From Chitinophaga pinensis (GTDB taxonomy: Bacteria > Bacteroidota > Bacteroidia > NS11-12g > UBA955), in the NCBI GenBank assembly GCA_945871905.1, contig CAMBXL010000006.1:34033-98032 (forward strand): a DNA stretch of 64,000 nucleotides, given 5' to 3'. Below, in pieces: positions 30,565 through 39,679 of this stretch. Below the pieces are notes generated by a model. The model searched no databases and was not told the DNA's origin. It saw only the letters and a program-made list of their open reading frames with translations. Made by a program: the position numbers and the translations under genes. Position 1 is the first letter of the stretch; each line of letters begins with the position of its first letter.

Positions 30565-31175
30565 AATTAACCACGGAGAGCGCAGAGAATACACAGAGAG
30601 CGCAGAGTGAGGGAGGAAAAGAGAACACAAAGATGCTCTTCGAGCATGGAGGAATTAACCACGGAGAGCGCAAAGAATACACAGAGAGCTCAGAGAGAAA
30701 GGAAAAGAGAACACTGAGATGCTTGCTCTTCGAACATGGGAGTATTTAACCACGGAGAACGCAGAGAAAACACAGAGCACACAGAGATAAAAATAGAGAA
30801 TTAAAGAGGTGACACTGAGATGCTCTTCGAGCATGGGAAGAAAAACTTAGGGCGTAGTGAGGAGGAATCCTTCAAAGGTGTTCTAGCGCTCTGTGTAACA
30901 TTAAACACCTAAACAATCACGCTAAAAGTCGTGAAACCCATCAACCATTTAAACCCACTAAACACTCTTTACTTCGACAAGCTCAGTATAAACTCCCTCA
31001 CGTGACTAGGCTCAGCCTAGTGGGTTACAAACAAATAAATAATTTAAACCCCATCAACCATTTAAACCCATTAAACACCCTTCGGTACAGCCGCCAAAGG
31101 CGTCCATCCTCCATAGGCGGACACGCTCACAGGGTGACAAACAAATAATCAATAACGCTGAACGGCGTGAAACAA
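30565..31175 (+). repeat. Composite intergenic repeat cluster 3 (three tandem A units, then B, C, D, E and a nested hairpin)
   Basis: A units 30565-30649, 30653-30740, 30744-30837; CTTCGACAAGCTCAGT at about 30972; C modules 30911-30937 and 31155-31174. Confidence 0.92.
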
Positions 31176-31283
31176 ATAAAAATAATTTATAATCCCCTCA
31201 AAATCAGTTTGTTTACAAAAAAATTTTTAATTTAAATTGTTTAATTTAATTCGCATATAATTAAACTTTTCAAATAACAATTT

Positions 31284-31682
31284 ATGAACATTAAAAAATT
31301 AAATTTTAAAACACTAGCTTGGGCTATTGTGCCAGCTTTATTGATTGGATTTTCAGCTTGTGGTGACGATGAACCAACACCTCCAAGCACTACCACTCCC
31401 ACCAATACACTTAACAAAACTTCTTTAACCAATAATAAAGTTTGGTGGAATAAAGGAAGTGGGATTAAACATGATTTTAAACCAGATGGAAAATATAAAT
31501 CTTCTGGAACTTGGCGTTGGATTAACAATTCAGATACCATGGAGATTATAGGAACTTTAGGCGATCAACCTCAAAAATATCGATTTGCTTGGAATACTGA
31601 AACTGAATTAGAATGTGAACGTATTTCAGGGACAGGACAAGGTAGTGGATTGTTCTTAATGAAAACCACAGAGTGGCAATAG
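31284..31682 (+). CDS. Small lipoprotein (lipocalin-like fold possible)
   Basis: Lipobox FSAC followed by GDDEPTPP linker; GTW motif. Confidence 0.75.
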   Translation: MNIKKLNFKTLAWAIVPALLIGFSACGDDEPTPPSTTTPTNTLNKTSLTNNKVWWNKGSGIKHDFKPDGKYKSSGTWRWINNSDTMEIIGTLGDQPQKYRFAWNTETELECERISGTGQGSGLFLMKTTEWQ

Positions 31683-31703
31683 AATAATAAATCGATACAA
31701 ATT

Positions 31704-31730
31704 AAAGCGTTCTACGGAGCGCTTTTTTTT
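31704..31730 (+). terminator. Intrinsic terminator
   Basis: AAAGCGTTC-TACG-GAGCGCTTTTTTTT just after the lipoprotein stop. Confidence 0.8.
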
Positions 31731-31776
31731 ATGGAAAATTTAAGGTTAACAATACCTCCAAAGGAGGTAAATAGTA

Positions 31777-31870
31777 ATAGCCTCGGGTTTTAACCCGAGG
31801 TTATGAGTAAACACACGCAATCCTTTTTGGCGACTTTTTTGCATTTCGTTTGCAAAAAAGATGACAAAAA
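31777..31870 (+). repeat. 94-bp double-hairpin repeat, copy 2 (copy 1 at 25006-25099)
   Basis: 88/94 identity; CCTCGGGTT-TT-AACCCGAGG followed by CTTTTTTGC...GCAAAAAAG. Confidence 0.92.
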
Positions 31871-31934
31871 TTTTTGATTTAGGCATAACCAAATCAACAA
31901 CGTTATATATAGTTGTAATCTAATTGCTCATCAA

Positions 31935-32897
31935 TCACAAACTTCGTTTCCTTTTACGATTATTAAAATAATCCTGAACCGCCTTTTCGGTTGTCAGCCA
32001 ATTTTTACCTTGCTTATAGGCGTCTATCTTGCCTTTTCTGGCTAGCAAACTAACATACTCCTGACTGTAAGGCAATGACATTTCCTCTACAATAGTATTT
32101 ATTTCTTTGTATTCATCGTGGGTATTGTCCAAACTGCTTAAATATATATCCAAACTTCTTTCCATGGCTTGAATCATTAACAACAATAGTTTAGAATAAT
32201 CCCCCTCATTGGCTTTGTTAAGGGCATCGTAGTATTTTTTTCTATCGTTTTTTAGAATAATGGCTGGCGGAAAACCTTGTTTCATTAAAAGTAAATTGAA
32301 CAATAACCTAACTGTGCGACCATTGCCATCAAAAAAAGGATGAATCCAAACCAATCGGTGATGAAAAATACAAGCACTAATAATGGGATGTAAAGCTTTA
32401 GAATCTTTATTCACCCAATGAATCAATTCTTCTATCATATCATTAACCTTAAGGGCATTAGGTGGCGTAAAATTAGCCCCTGATATTCTTACTCCTGAGG
32501 TTCTATATCTACCAGCAATCTCTTTTTCTATACTTGCTAATACCAATTCATGCACTTCCAAAATAGTTCTATCTGTAAATTGGGTTTTTGATTGTGCTAA
32601 TTTTTCTATAAATTCTATGGCATTTTGATGGTTAAAAGCTTCAAAATGTTCTCTTAAAGATTTGCCTTTGATAGTAATACCTTCCTCTATAATGAGTTTG
32701 GTTTCTTGAAGTGTCAATGTATTGCCTTCTATACCATTGGAATTAAATGTCCACTCTAAAGATAAAGATTCCTTAATGCTTTTAAGGGCATATGCAGGCA
32801 AGGGTCTTTTTTCATCAAGACTTTGTTTTTTAGCATCAATTCTGCTGAGTTGTTGCTCTAAATTTTCAAAGGAATATGGATATTCTTGCCATTTCAC
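31935..32897 (-). CDS. Fic-domain protein (class II, autoinhibited) with C-terminal HTH-like domain
   Basis: HPFFDGNGRTVR; inhibitory SNGIEGN; C-terminal YSQEYVSLLARKGKIDAYKQGKNWLT. Confidence 0.9.
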   Translation of the reverse strand: MKWQEYPYSFENLEQQLSRIDAKKQSLDEKRPLPAYALKSIKESLSLEWTFNSNGIEGNTLTLQETKLIIEEGITIKGKSLREHFEAFNHQNAIEFIEKLAQSKTQFTDRTILEVHELVLASIEKEIAGRYRTSGVRISGANFTPPNALKVNDMIEELIHWVNKDSKALHPIISACIFHHRLVWIHPFFDGNGRTVRLLFNLLLMKQGFPPAIILKNDRKKYYDALNKANEGDYSKLLLLMIQAMERSLDIYLSSLDNTHDEYKEINTIVEEMSLPYSQEYVSLLARKGKIDAYKQGKNWLTTEKAVQDYFNNRKRKRSL

Positions 32898-33157
32898 CCC
32901 ACAAAGATACTAATATCGTTTTGAATTAAAAAGCAATTTTACCGATATTAAGAATAATCTACTTTATGCCAATTCTGTTCCACAATCTTTGCAAAACTTA
33001 ACCACTTGTTTATGGGTTTTATGCCTTAGTATTCAACAATCTATAAATAAACCCATTATCTCCCAAAAAAACGGCAGTGAATATAATGGTGGACACTTCC
33101 CTTTGACAGGGGCATTAGCTCATTAAGCGAAAGTTAAAAAAGGCGTATCTTTGCAAG

Positions 33158-34393
33158 GTGATACATTATAACATTCATAGGCTAGATAACGGTTTAACTC
33201 TTATACACCACGAAGATAATGCTACTAATTTATGTGTTTCAAATCTTTTGTACAATGTTGGCGCTAGGGATGAAAATCCAAACCAAACAGGTTTTGCCCA
33301 TCTTTTCGAACATTTAATGTTTGGCGGATCGGTTAATATTCCTTCTTTTGACACCCCTCTACAATTGGCAGGAGGCGAAAACAATGCCTTTACTAGCAAT
33401 GATATAACCAACTATTATGTCACACTTCCGGCAGACAATATCGAAACTGCACTGTGGTTGGAAAGCGACCGCATTTTGCGTTTAGATTTTTCTGAAAAAA
33501 GCCTCTCTGTTCAAAAAGGTGTGGTGATAGAAGAATTTAAACAACGCTACTTAAACCAACCTTATGGTGATGCTTGGCTAAAACTAAGACCCCTCGCCTA
33601 TCAAGTTCATCCCTACCAATGGGCAACTATTGGAAAGGAAACTAGTCACATTGAAAATGCTAAGCTAGAAGATGTTGTGGCTTTTTTTGAGCGTTTTTAT
33701 AACCCTTCCAATGCCATTCTTTGTTTGGCTGGCGCTATCAATTTTGAAAAAGCTAAAGAACTAACAGAAAAATGGTTTGGTACTATAAAAAGTGGGCCCG
33801 TTAATCCCAATAGTTATCCCAAAGAAACCCGCAAAACATCACGCTTAGAATCCACTGTTGTAGCAGATGTTCCACAAAATGCAATTTATATGGCATTCAA
33901 TACCGTGGACAGACATCATGATGATTATTTTGCATTTGACTTGTTGTCCGACTTGCTATCTGGTTCGGAGTCCTCGCGTTTTACTCAAACACTAGTGAAA
34001 GAACTAAAGTTATTTACCCACGTTCATGCTTACATCACCGGCGATATAGACGAAGGATTGTTTGTAATGGAAGGTAAATTGAATGATGGCGTTACTTTTG
34101 ATACAGCCGAAAAGGCATTATTAAAAACAATTCAAGATATTACTGACAATGGATTAAGTGAAAATGAATTGAATAAGGTTAAAAATAAAGTGATAACAAG
34201 CAACTTGTTTTCTAAAACATCCGTCTTAAATAAAGCAATGGCATTGTGCTATGCTCATTTACTGGGAAATGCCGATTTAATCAATACTGAGATAGAACAA
34301 GTAAAATATATACAAAAAGAAGATATTTTGAGGGTTTGTAAAGAATACATTTTAAGTGGCAATTATAGCATTTTAAACTACCAAAAACAATGA
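33158..34393 (+). CDS. M16 (pitrilysin) zinc peptidase, catalytic subunit
   Basis: GFAHLFEHLMF (HXXEH), NAFT, LESDR; TATCTTTG promoter at 33146. Confidence 0.93.
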   Translation: MIHYNIHRLDNGLTLIHHEDNATNLCVSNLLYNVGARDENPNQTGFAHLFEHLMFGGSVNIPSFDTPLQLAGGENNAFTSNDITNYYVTLPADNIETALWLESDRILRLDFSEKSLSVQKGVVIEEFKQRYLNQPYGDAWLKLRPLAYQVHPYQWATIGKETSHIENAKLEDVVAFFERFYNPSNAILCLAGAINFEKAKELTEKWFGTIKSGPVNPNSYPKETRKTSRLESTVVADVPQNAIYMAFNTVDRHHDDYFAFDLLSDLLSGSESSRFTQTLVKELKLFTHVHAYITGDIDEGLFVMEGKLNDGVTFDTAEKALLKTIQDITDNGLSENELNKVKNKVITSNLFSKTSVLNKAMALCYAHLLGNADLINTEIEQVKYIQKEDILRVCKEYILSGNYSILNYQKQ

Positions 34394-35640
34394 TTAACAG
34401 ACAATTAGCGCCAGAAATAATGGCAATTGAGTCAATAAAAACGGGATTTCCTTGCAAAAATGGAAACGCCTACCATATTGTGAGCAACGAAGCTGTATTT
34501 AAGCTCGATTTAATCTTTGATTCGGGTGGTTTTGGACAATATTCCAATAAATTTCATGCATTATTTGCAAGTGACTTAATATTAAGTGGCACTTCCAAAA
34601 AAAACGCAAACGTAATTTCTGAAGAACTGGACTTACTTGGTGCGTATGTTTTCATGAATTGTGACTACTACTCCCACTCTATATCAATTTACGGTCAAAC
34701 GGAATTTTTAGGTTTAATTCTTGATTTGGTTGTGGAAGCAATACTTGAATGTGAATATAACGAGGAAGAACTTAGTGTTTATAAAAGTAAAAAAATAAGT
34801 GAGCTGAATATCAACTTTGCTAAAACTTCTTTCTTGGCAAATAGGGCTATTAATGCTTTGATAGTGGGAGAAAATCATCCATTCGCCTCTCCTATTAATG
34901 AATCTATTATTAATGGAATTTCAAGAGAAGATTTACTGACTTACAAAAACTCGACATTAGCAAATCCTACATTTATTTTTACAGGTCCAGACACTATCAA
35001 CATCAGTGATTATTTAAATAACATTGGGTTTAAAACAAATCTAAACGAGGAGATTTCTGTGGAACATTCTATTAACACTTCCGAAGAAAAACGAATCGTT
35101 GTTAAAAAAGAAAATACCAATCAAAATGCTATAAGACTTGGTAAAATGATGCCTTCAAGAACCCATGAAGACTATTTTAAAATATCACTAACTAATTTAA
35201 TATTAGGAGGTTACTTTGGTTCAAGACTTATGAAAAACATACGTGAGGAAAAAGGCCTGACCTATGGTATTCACTCTTCAATAACCCCTTTCAGAACGTA
35301 TTCTTTGTTCAAAATTTCAAGTGAGTGTAATGCACAACTTACCAATGAGGTAAAAAATGAAATTGAGAATGAAATTAAAAACTTACAAACTGAACTAGTT
35401 GGAAATAATGAACTACAAACTGCTAAGAATTACTTAATAGGTAGTTTACTTCGTAATTTTGATGGGCCATTTAATATAGCAGATCGTTTTAAATCCAATC
35501 TTGACTTAAACGGTAAAGAGGGGTTTTATGAGGATTATTTTAAAGCTATCCATCAAACCTGTTCAGAAGATATTTTAGCATGTGCGAACAATTATTTTGA
35601 TTTTAATTCGTTAAAGTATTGCATATCAGGTGAATATTAA
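34390..35640 (+). CDS. M16 peptidase, non-catalytic subunit
   Basis: LGGYFGSRLMKNIREEKGLTYGI; no HXXEH; ATGA overlap with partner. Confidence 0.88.
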   Translation: MINRQLAPEIMAIESIKTGFPCKNGNAYHIVSNEAVFKLDLIFDSGGFGQYSNKFHALFASDLILSGTSKKNANVISEELDLLGAYVFMNCDYYSHSISIYGQTEFLGLILDLVVEAILECEYNEEELSVYKSKKISELNINFAKTSFLANRAINALIVGENHPFASPINESIINGISREDLLTYKNSTLANPTFIFTGPDTINISDYLNNIGFKTNLNEEISVEHSINTSEEKRIVVKKENTNQNAIRLGKMMPSRTHEDYFKISLTNLILGGYFGSRLMKNIREEKGLTYGIHSSITPFRTYSLFKISSECNAQLTNEVKNEIENEIKNLQTELVGNNELQTAKNYLIGSLLRNFDGPFNIADRFKSNLDLNGKEGFYEDYFKAIHQTCSEDILACANNYFDFNSLKYCISGEY

Positions 35641-37390
35641 GCCGTTCATATTGTTTTTGATGCTATTAGCCTCATTGGGTTTTCTCAATGCGCAAGACGT
35701 GCGTCCAAAAATCAGAAGAGCTTGTTTAAATAGATCTGATTCAACGCTTAATTTACTGTGGGTTAAGCCAATCAATAGTTGCGGTTCAATTACTAATTTT
35801 AGTATTTATGGACGGGATGATATTTTGGGTTTATTTATATATTTAGGCAACAGAACAGACATATCATTAGACAATGTAGCTATTAAGCTTAAGAATCTAC
35901 GTTCTTGGGAACTATACTTAGTTTATAACACAGATTGTAATGGGGTTGATAGTATTTTCAGTGATACCATTACTATTGACAACACAGCTCCTGATAACTC
36001 CCAAATTGACTCTGTAAGTATTGATTTAGTATCACAAAAAGCAATTATTGGTTGGTCAAGAAATACAAGTATAGACACCAAAGGATATTTAATTTACCAT
36101 GTTACGGGTTCAAACGATGTTATAGGTTCCACGGAGCAAACACAATACCTAGACAATGGTACACGAAACCCAACTGCTGCTTCAGTTTCATACAGTATTG
36201 CAGCTTATGACAGTTGTCAAAATACATCTTTAATAAGTGAAACACACAGCACTATATTTTTAAGAAGTCAATACAATCAATGTAACAAAACAATCAGTCT
36301 GTCTTGGACAAATTATGTTGGATGGCAAGTTTCAGAATATCAAATTTACAGAAGCATAAACGCAGGTAATTTCGAATTAGTTGGAACTGTAATTTCAAAC
36401 ATCAATCAATTTACTTACAATTTTAATTCATTTGGAGATTCTTATTGTTTTTTCATCAGGGCAATTAAATTTGACAGAACAGCTAGTTCGTCTTCTATTA
36501 ACACATGTATAAATACCCCTTTAATTATTGAAAGTAAAAATTCTTATGTTGCAAAAGCTTCGGTTCAAAACAATCATATAGAATTATCTTTAGTAACCGA
36601 AACTGGCACATCGCTTCAAAACATTCTTTTATACAAATCTGAAAACAACGGTGCTTTTCAACTTTATCAAACTATAAACAACACTGGCGGAACTATTAAT
36701 TTAATTGACAACAATGTAAGAGTAAACAGATTTACATATTCTTATTATTTCACCACACAAGGCCCTTGTGACTTTATCTTTGACACTTCACAAATTGCCA
36801 CTACAGTATTATTAAGAGTTAACCAAGTTGAAGCCGAAGTTCAAGAATTGAATTGGAATCTCTATAATGCGTTTATAAAAGAAACACAGAACCAAGAAAT
36901 TCTATTAAGTAATTCAATAGATTATAACAAAAGTTCCCCGTGGAACATTATTCAACAAACCAACAATATTAATACATCCCTGACCGACAACAGCCAATTT
37001 AGTATAAATTATCAAAGATTGTGCTACTGTATAAAATCAATTGAAAACTTACCTAACTCAACATTCAACAGACAAGATACGTCTTACAGCAATGTTGTAT
37101 GTGTAGATGCCGAACCAATAGTTTATTTCCCAAATGCTATTCAAATAAATGGATTTAATACTGTATTTAAACCCAAAGGCTTGTTTTTGAACAACACCGA
37201 ATCCACCATTTATATATACAACAGATGGGGTGAACTTGTACATACTGTGAAAGATATAAGCATTGGTTGGGACGGTAAAGACCAAAAAGGGGACTTTGTA
37301 CAATCAGATATATATGTCTACAAAGCAACTATTGTAGGAATTAATGGTAAAAAACTAAACTTTAATGGCACAATTTCTGTTTTAAAATAA
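35630..37390 (+). CDS. Protein with gliding-motility-associated (T9SS type B) C-terminal domain and FN3-like repeats
   Basis: YFPNAI..NG.N..FKP, IYNRWGELV, GWDG, YVY. Confidence 0.82.
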   Translation: MNIKPFILFLMLLASLGFLNAQDVRPKIRRACLNRSDSTLNLLWVKPINSCGSITNFSIYGRDDILGLFIYLGNRTDISLDNVAIKLKNLRSWELYLVYNTDCNGVDSIFSDTITIDNTAPDNSQIDSVSIDLVSQKAIIGWSRNTSIDTKGYLIYHVTGSNDVIGSTEQTQYLDNGTRNPTAASVSYSIAAYDSCQNTSLISETHSTIFLRSQYNQCNKTISLSWTNYVGWQVSEYQIYRSINAGNFELVGTVISNINQFTYNFNSFGDSYCFFIRAIKFDRTASSSSINTCINTPLIIESKNSYVAKASVQNNHIELSLVTETGTSLQNILLYKSENNGAFQLYQTINNTGGTINLIDNNVRVNRFTYSYYFTTQGPCDFIFDTSQIATTVLLRVNQVEAEVQELNWNLYNAFIKETQNQEILLSNSIDYNKSSPWNIIQQTNNINTSLTDNSQFSINYQRLCYCIKSIENLPNSTFNRQDTSYSNVVCVDAEPIVYFPNAIQINGFNTVFKPKGLFLNNTESTIYIYNRWGELVHTVKDISIGWDGKDQKGDFVQSDIYVYKATIVGINGKKLNFNGTISVLK

Positions 37391-37392
37391 CA

Positions 37393-37836
37393 ATGATACT
37401 AATAGCAGGTGAACACCAAAAACTAAAAAGACTAAAAAAACTTTGCAAGGAAGTTGTAAAACAAATTGTAATTGACCACAAAAAACAAACAGGGGAACTA
37501 AATATTATACTTGTTGATGACGAAAAATTACTTGAAATGAACATCAACTATCTTCAGCACGACTATTACACAGACATTATTACACACGATTTTTGTGAAG
37601 GCGATGAAGTAAACGGTGAACTATACATTAGCTTCGACCGAATAAAAGAAAATGCATTAACATATGGAGTGAGTTTCCACGTGGAACTTTTCAGAATTAT
37701 CATTCATGGAACACTTCATTTGTGTGGATACAAAGACAAAACCAAAAAAGAAAAAACTAAAATGACTGAAATGGAAAATCATTATTTGAATAAATTTAAT
37801 ATAGAGTTCCACGTGGAACAAAACAATGGAAAATAG
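37393..37836 (+). CDS. ybeY: rRNA maturation endoribonuclease YbeY
   Basis: YLQHDYYTDIIT, GELYIS, IHGTLHLCGYKD. Confidence 0.92.
   Translation: MILIAGEHQKLKRLKKLCKEVVKQIVIDHKKQTGELNIILVDDEKLLEMNINYLQHDYYTDIITHDFCEGDEVNGELYISFDRIKENALTYGVSFHVELFRIIIHGTLHLCGYKDKTKKEKTKMTEMENHYLNKFNIEFHVEQNNGK
37805..37820. promoter_or_regulatory. parS centromere-like site
   Basis: AGTTCCACGTGGAACA, 15/16 to TGTTCCACGTGGAACA; weaker copy GTTTCCACGTGGAACT at 37673-37688. Confidence 0.8.
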
Positions 37837-39679
37837 ATATGACGTTATTGTAGTGGGTGCCGGCCATGCCGGTTGTGAAGCTGCACATGCCGCCGCAACC
37901 ATGGGCAGCAAAGTGTTGCTGATAACAATGAACATGGAAACAATTGCTAAAATGAGTTGTAATCCTGCGATGGGTGGAGTGGCAAAAGGGCAAATAGTAA
38001 GAGAAATAGACGCTCTTGGAGGCATGTCTGGTCTCATAACAGACAAAACAATGCTTCAGTTTAGAATGTTAAATCGCTCTAAGGGAGCTGCTATGTGGAG
38101 TCCTAGGGCACAATCAGACAGAATGCGGTTTTCAGAACAATGGCGATTAACCCTTGAAGCGAATCCTAATATTGATTTTATGCAAGACCATGTGCATGCT
38201 GTAATAACTGAAAATAATATCGCTACAGGAGTTGAAACAGGACTTGGTTATAAAATTATGGGTAACGCTATAATTTTAACCAGTGGAACGTTTTTAAATG
38301 GAATAATACACATAGGTGAAAAACAGTTTGGTGGTGGTAGAATGGCAGAATCAAGTAGTGTGGGAATAACTACTTCTCTAGAAAAATTAGGATTTGAGAG
38401 TGGTAGAATGAAAACAGGAACACCTCCTAGAGTAGATGGTAGAAGCTTGGATTATTCGAAAATGGAACAACAAGATGGTGATGAAAATCCAGGTAAGTTT
38501 TCTTTCTTAAAAACAAGTACTAGACTAAAATCACAAAAACCCTGCTTTATAAGTTACACAAATTCTAATGTTCATGATATATTGAGAGAAGGTTTTGAAA
38601 AATCTCCTATGTTTAATGGCAGAATACAAGGTTTGGGTCCACGTTACTGCCCTTCTATTGAAGATAAAATCAACAGATTTGCAGAAAGAGACAGACATCA
38701 AATATTCGTTGAACCGGAGGGTTGGGAAACAATAGAAATGTATATCAATGGATTTTCTACATCTTTGTCCGAAGATATTCAACTAAAAGCGATGAAACAA
38801 ATACCAGGATTTGAAAACGCTAAATTATTTCGTCCAGGTTATGCAATTGAATATGACTACTTCCCTCCTACCCAACTAAAATTAACACTTGAAACCAAGT
38901 TAGTAAATAATCTATTTTTTGCTGGACAGATAAATGGTACAACAGGTTATGAAGAAGCGGCATGTCAAGGTTTAATGGCTGGAATAAATGCACATTTAAA
39001 AGTAAAAGAGCTTGACCCTTTCATATTAAGTCGATCAAATGCATATATTGGCGTTTTAATAGATGATTTAATCAATAAAGGAACTGATGAACCATACCGA
39101 ATGTTTACTTCTCGTGCTGAGTTCAGAATCTTATTAAGACAAGACAATGCTGATGAAAGATTGACAGAATTGGGGTATCAAATAAATTTAGCTCAGAAAG
39201 AAAGAATGGATGATTTAGATATCAAAAGAAATCAAATTAAAAAAAGCCTAAATTTAATTAAAAATAAATCTATTGAACCTAATGCTATAAACAATCTGTT
39301 AAATGAAAAAGAAACAGCAGAGATAAATCAAAAAGTAAAACTTGATAAGTTGATTTTAAGACCACAACTTACTATACGAGATTTTATACCCTATGTTGAT
39401 GAACTAAAAGAAATAGATTCAGAAATTCTTGAACAAATAGAAATCCTTATAAAATATGAAGGCTATTTAGACAAAGAAAATCAAATGGCTGAAAAATTAA
39501 AGAAACTTGAATACTATAAATTGAGTCCAGATTTTGATTACCATCAAATAAAATCTTTGAGTATTGAAAGTAGAGAAAAATTAAGTAAAATGAAACCTGA
39601 GAACATAGGACAAGCTTCAAGAATAAGTGGTGTTTCACCATCGGATATTTCAGTACTAATCGTATATTTAGGAAGATGA
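37826..39679 (+). CDS. mnmG: tRNA uridine 5-carboxymethylaminomethyl modification enzyme MnmG/GidA
   Basis: VVGAGHAGCEAA, MSCNPAMGG, KTGTPPR, GPRYCPSIEDK, GQINGTTGYEEAA. Confidence 0.98.
   Translation: MENRYDVIVVGAGHAGCEAAHAAATMGSKVLLITMNMETIAKMSCNPAMGGVAKGQIVREIDALGGMSGLITDKTMLQFRMLNRSKGAAMWSPRAQSDRMRFSEQWRLTLEANPNIDFMQDHVHAVITENNIATGVETGLGYKIMGNAIILTSGTFLNGIIHIGEKQFGGGRMAESSSVGITTSLEKLGFESGRMKTGTPPRVDGRSLDYSKMEQQDGDENPGKFSFLKTSTRLKSQKPCFISYTNSNVHDILREGFEKSPMFNGRIQGLGPRYCPSIEDKINRFAERDRHQIFVEPEGWETIEMYINGFSTSLSEDIQLKAMKQIPGFENAKLFRPGYAIEYDYFPPTQLKLTLETKLVNNLFFAGQINGTTGYEEAACQGLMAGINAHLKVKELDPFILSRSNAYIGVLIDDLINKGTDEPYRMFTSRAEFRILLRQDNADERLTELGYQINLAQKERMDDLDIKRNQIKKSLNLIKNKSIEPNAINNLLNEKETAEINQKVKLDKLILRPQLTIRDFIPYVDELKEIDSEILEQIEILIKYEGYLDKENQMAEKLKKLEYYKLSPDFDYHQIKSLSIESREKLSKMKPENIGQASRISGVSPSDISVLIVYLGR

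Noticed and set aside
30565-30837. CRISPR array
   Set aside because: The repeats are long and degenerate, the variable parts are only about 7-25 nt and low-complexity, and there are no cas genes in the window
22964-33100. Prophage or integrative element covering the accessory patch
   Set aside because: No integrase, phage structural genes, relaxase or flanking direct repeats were seen
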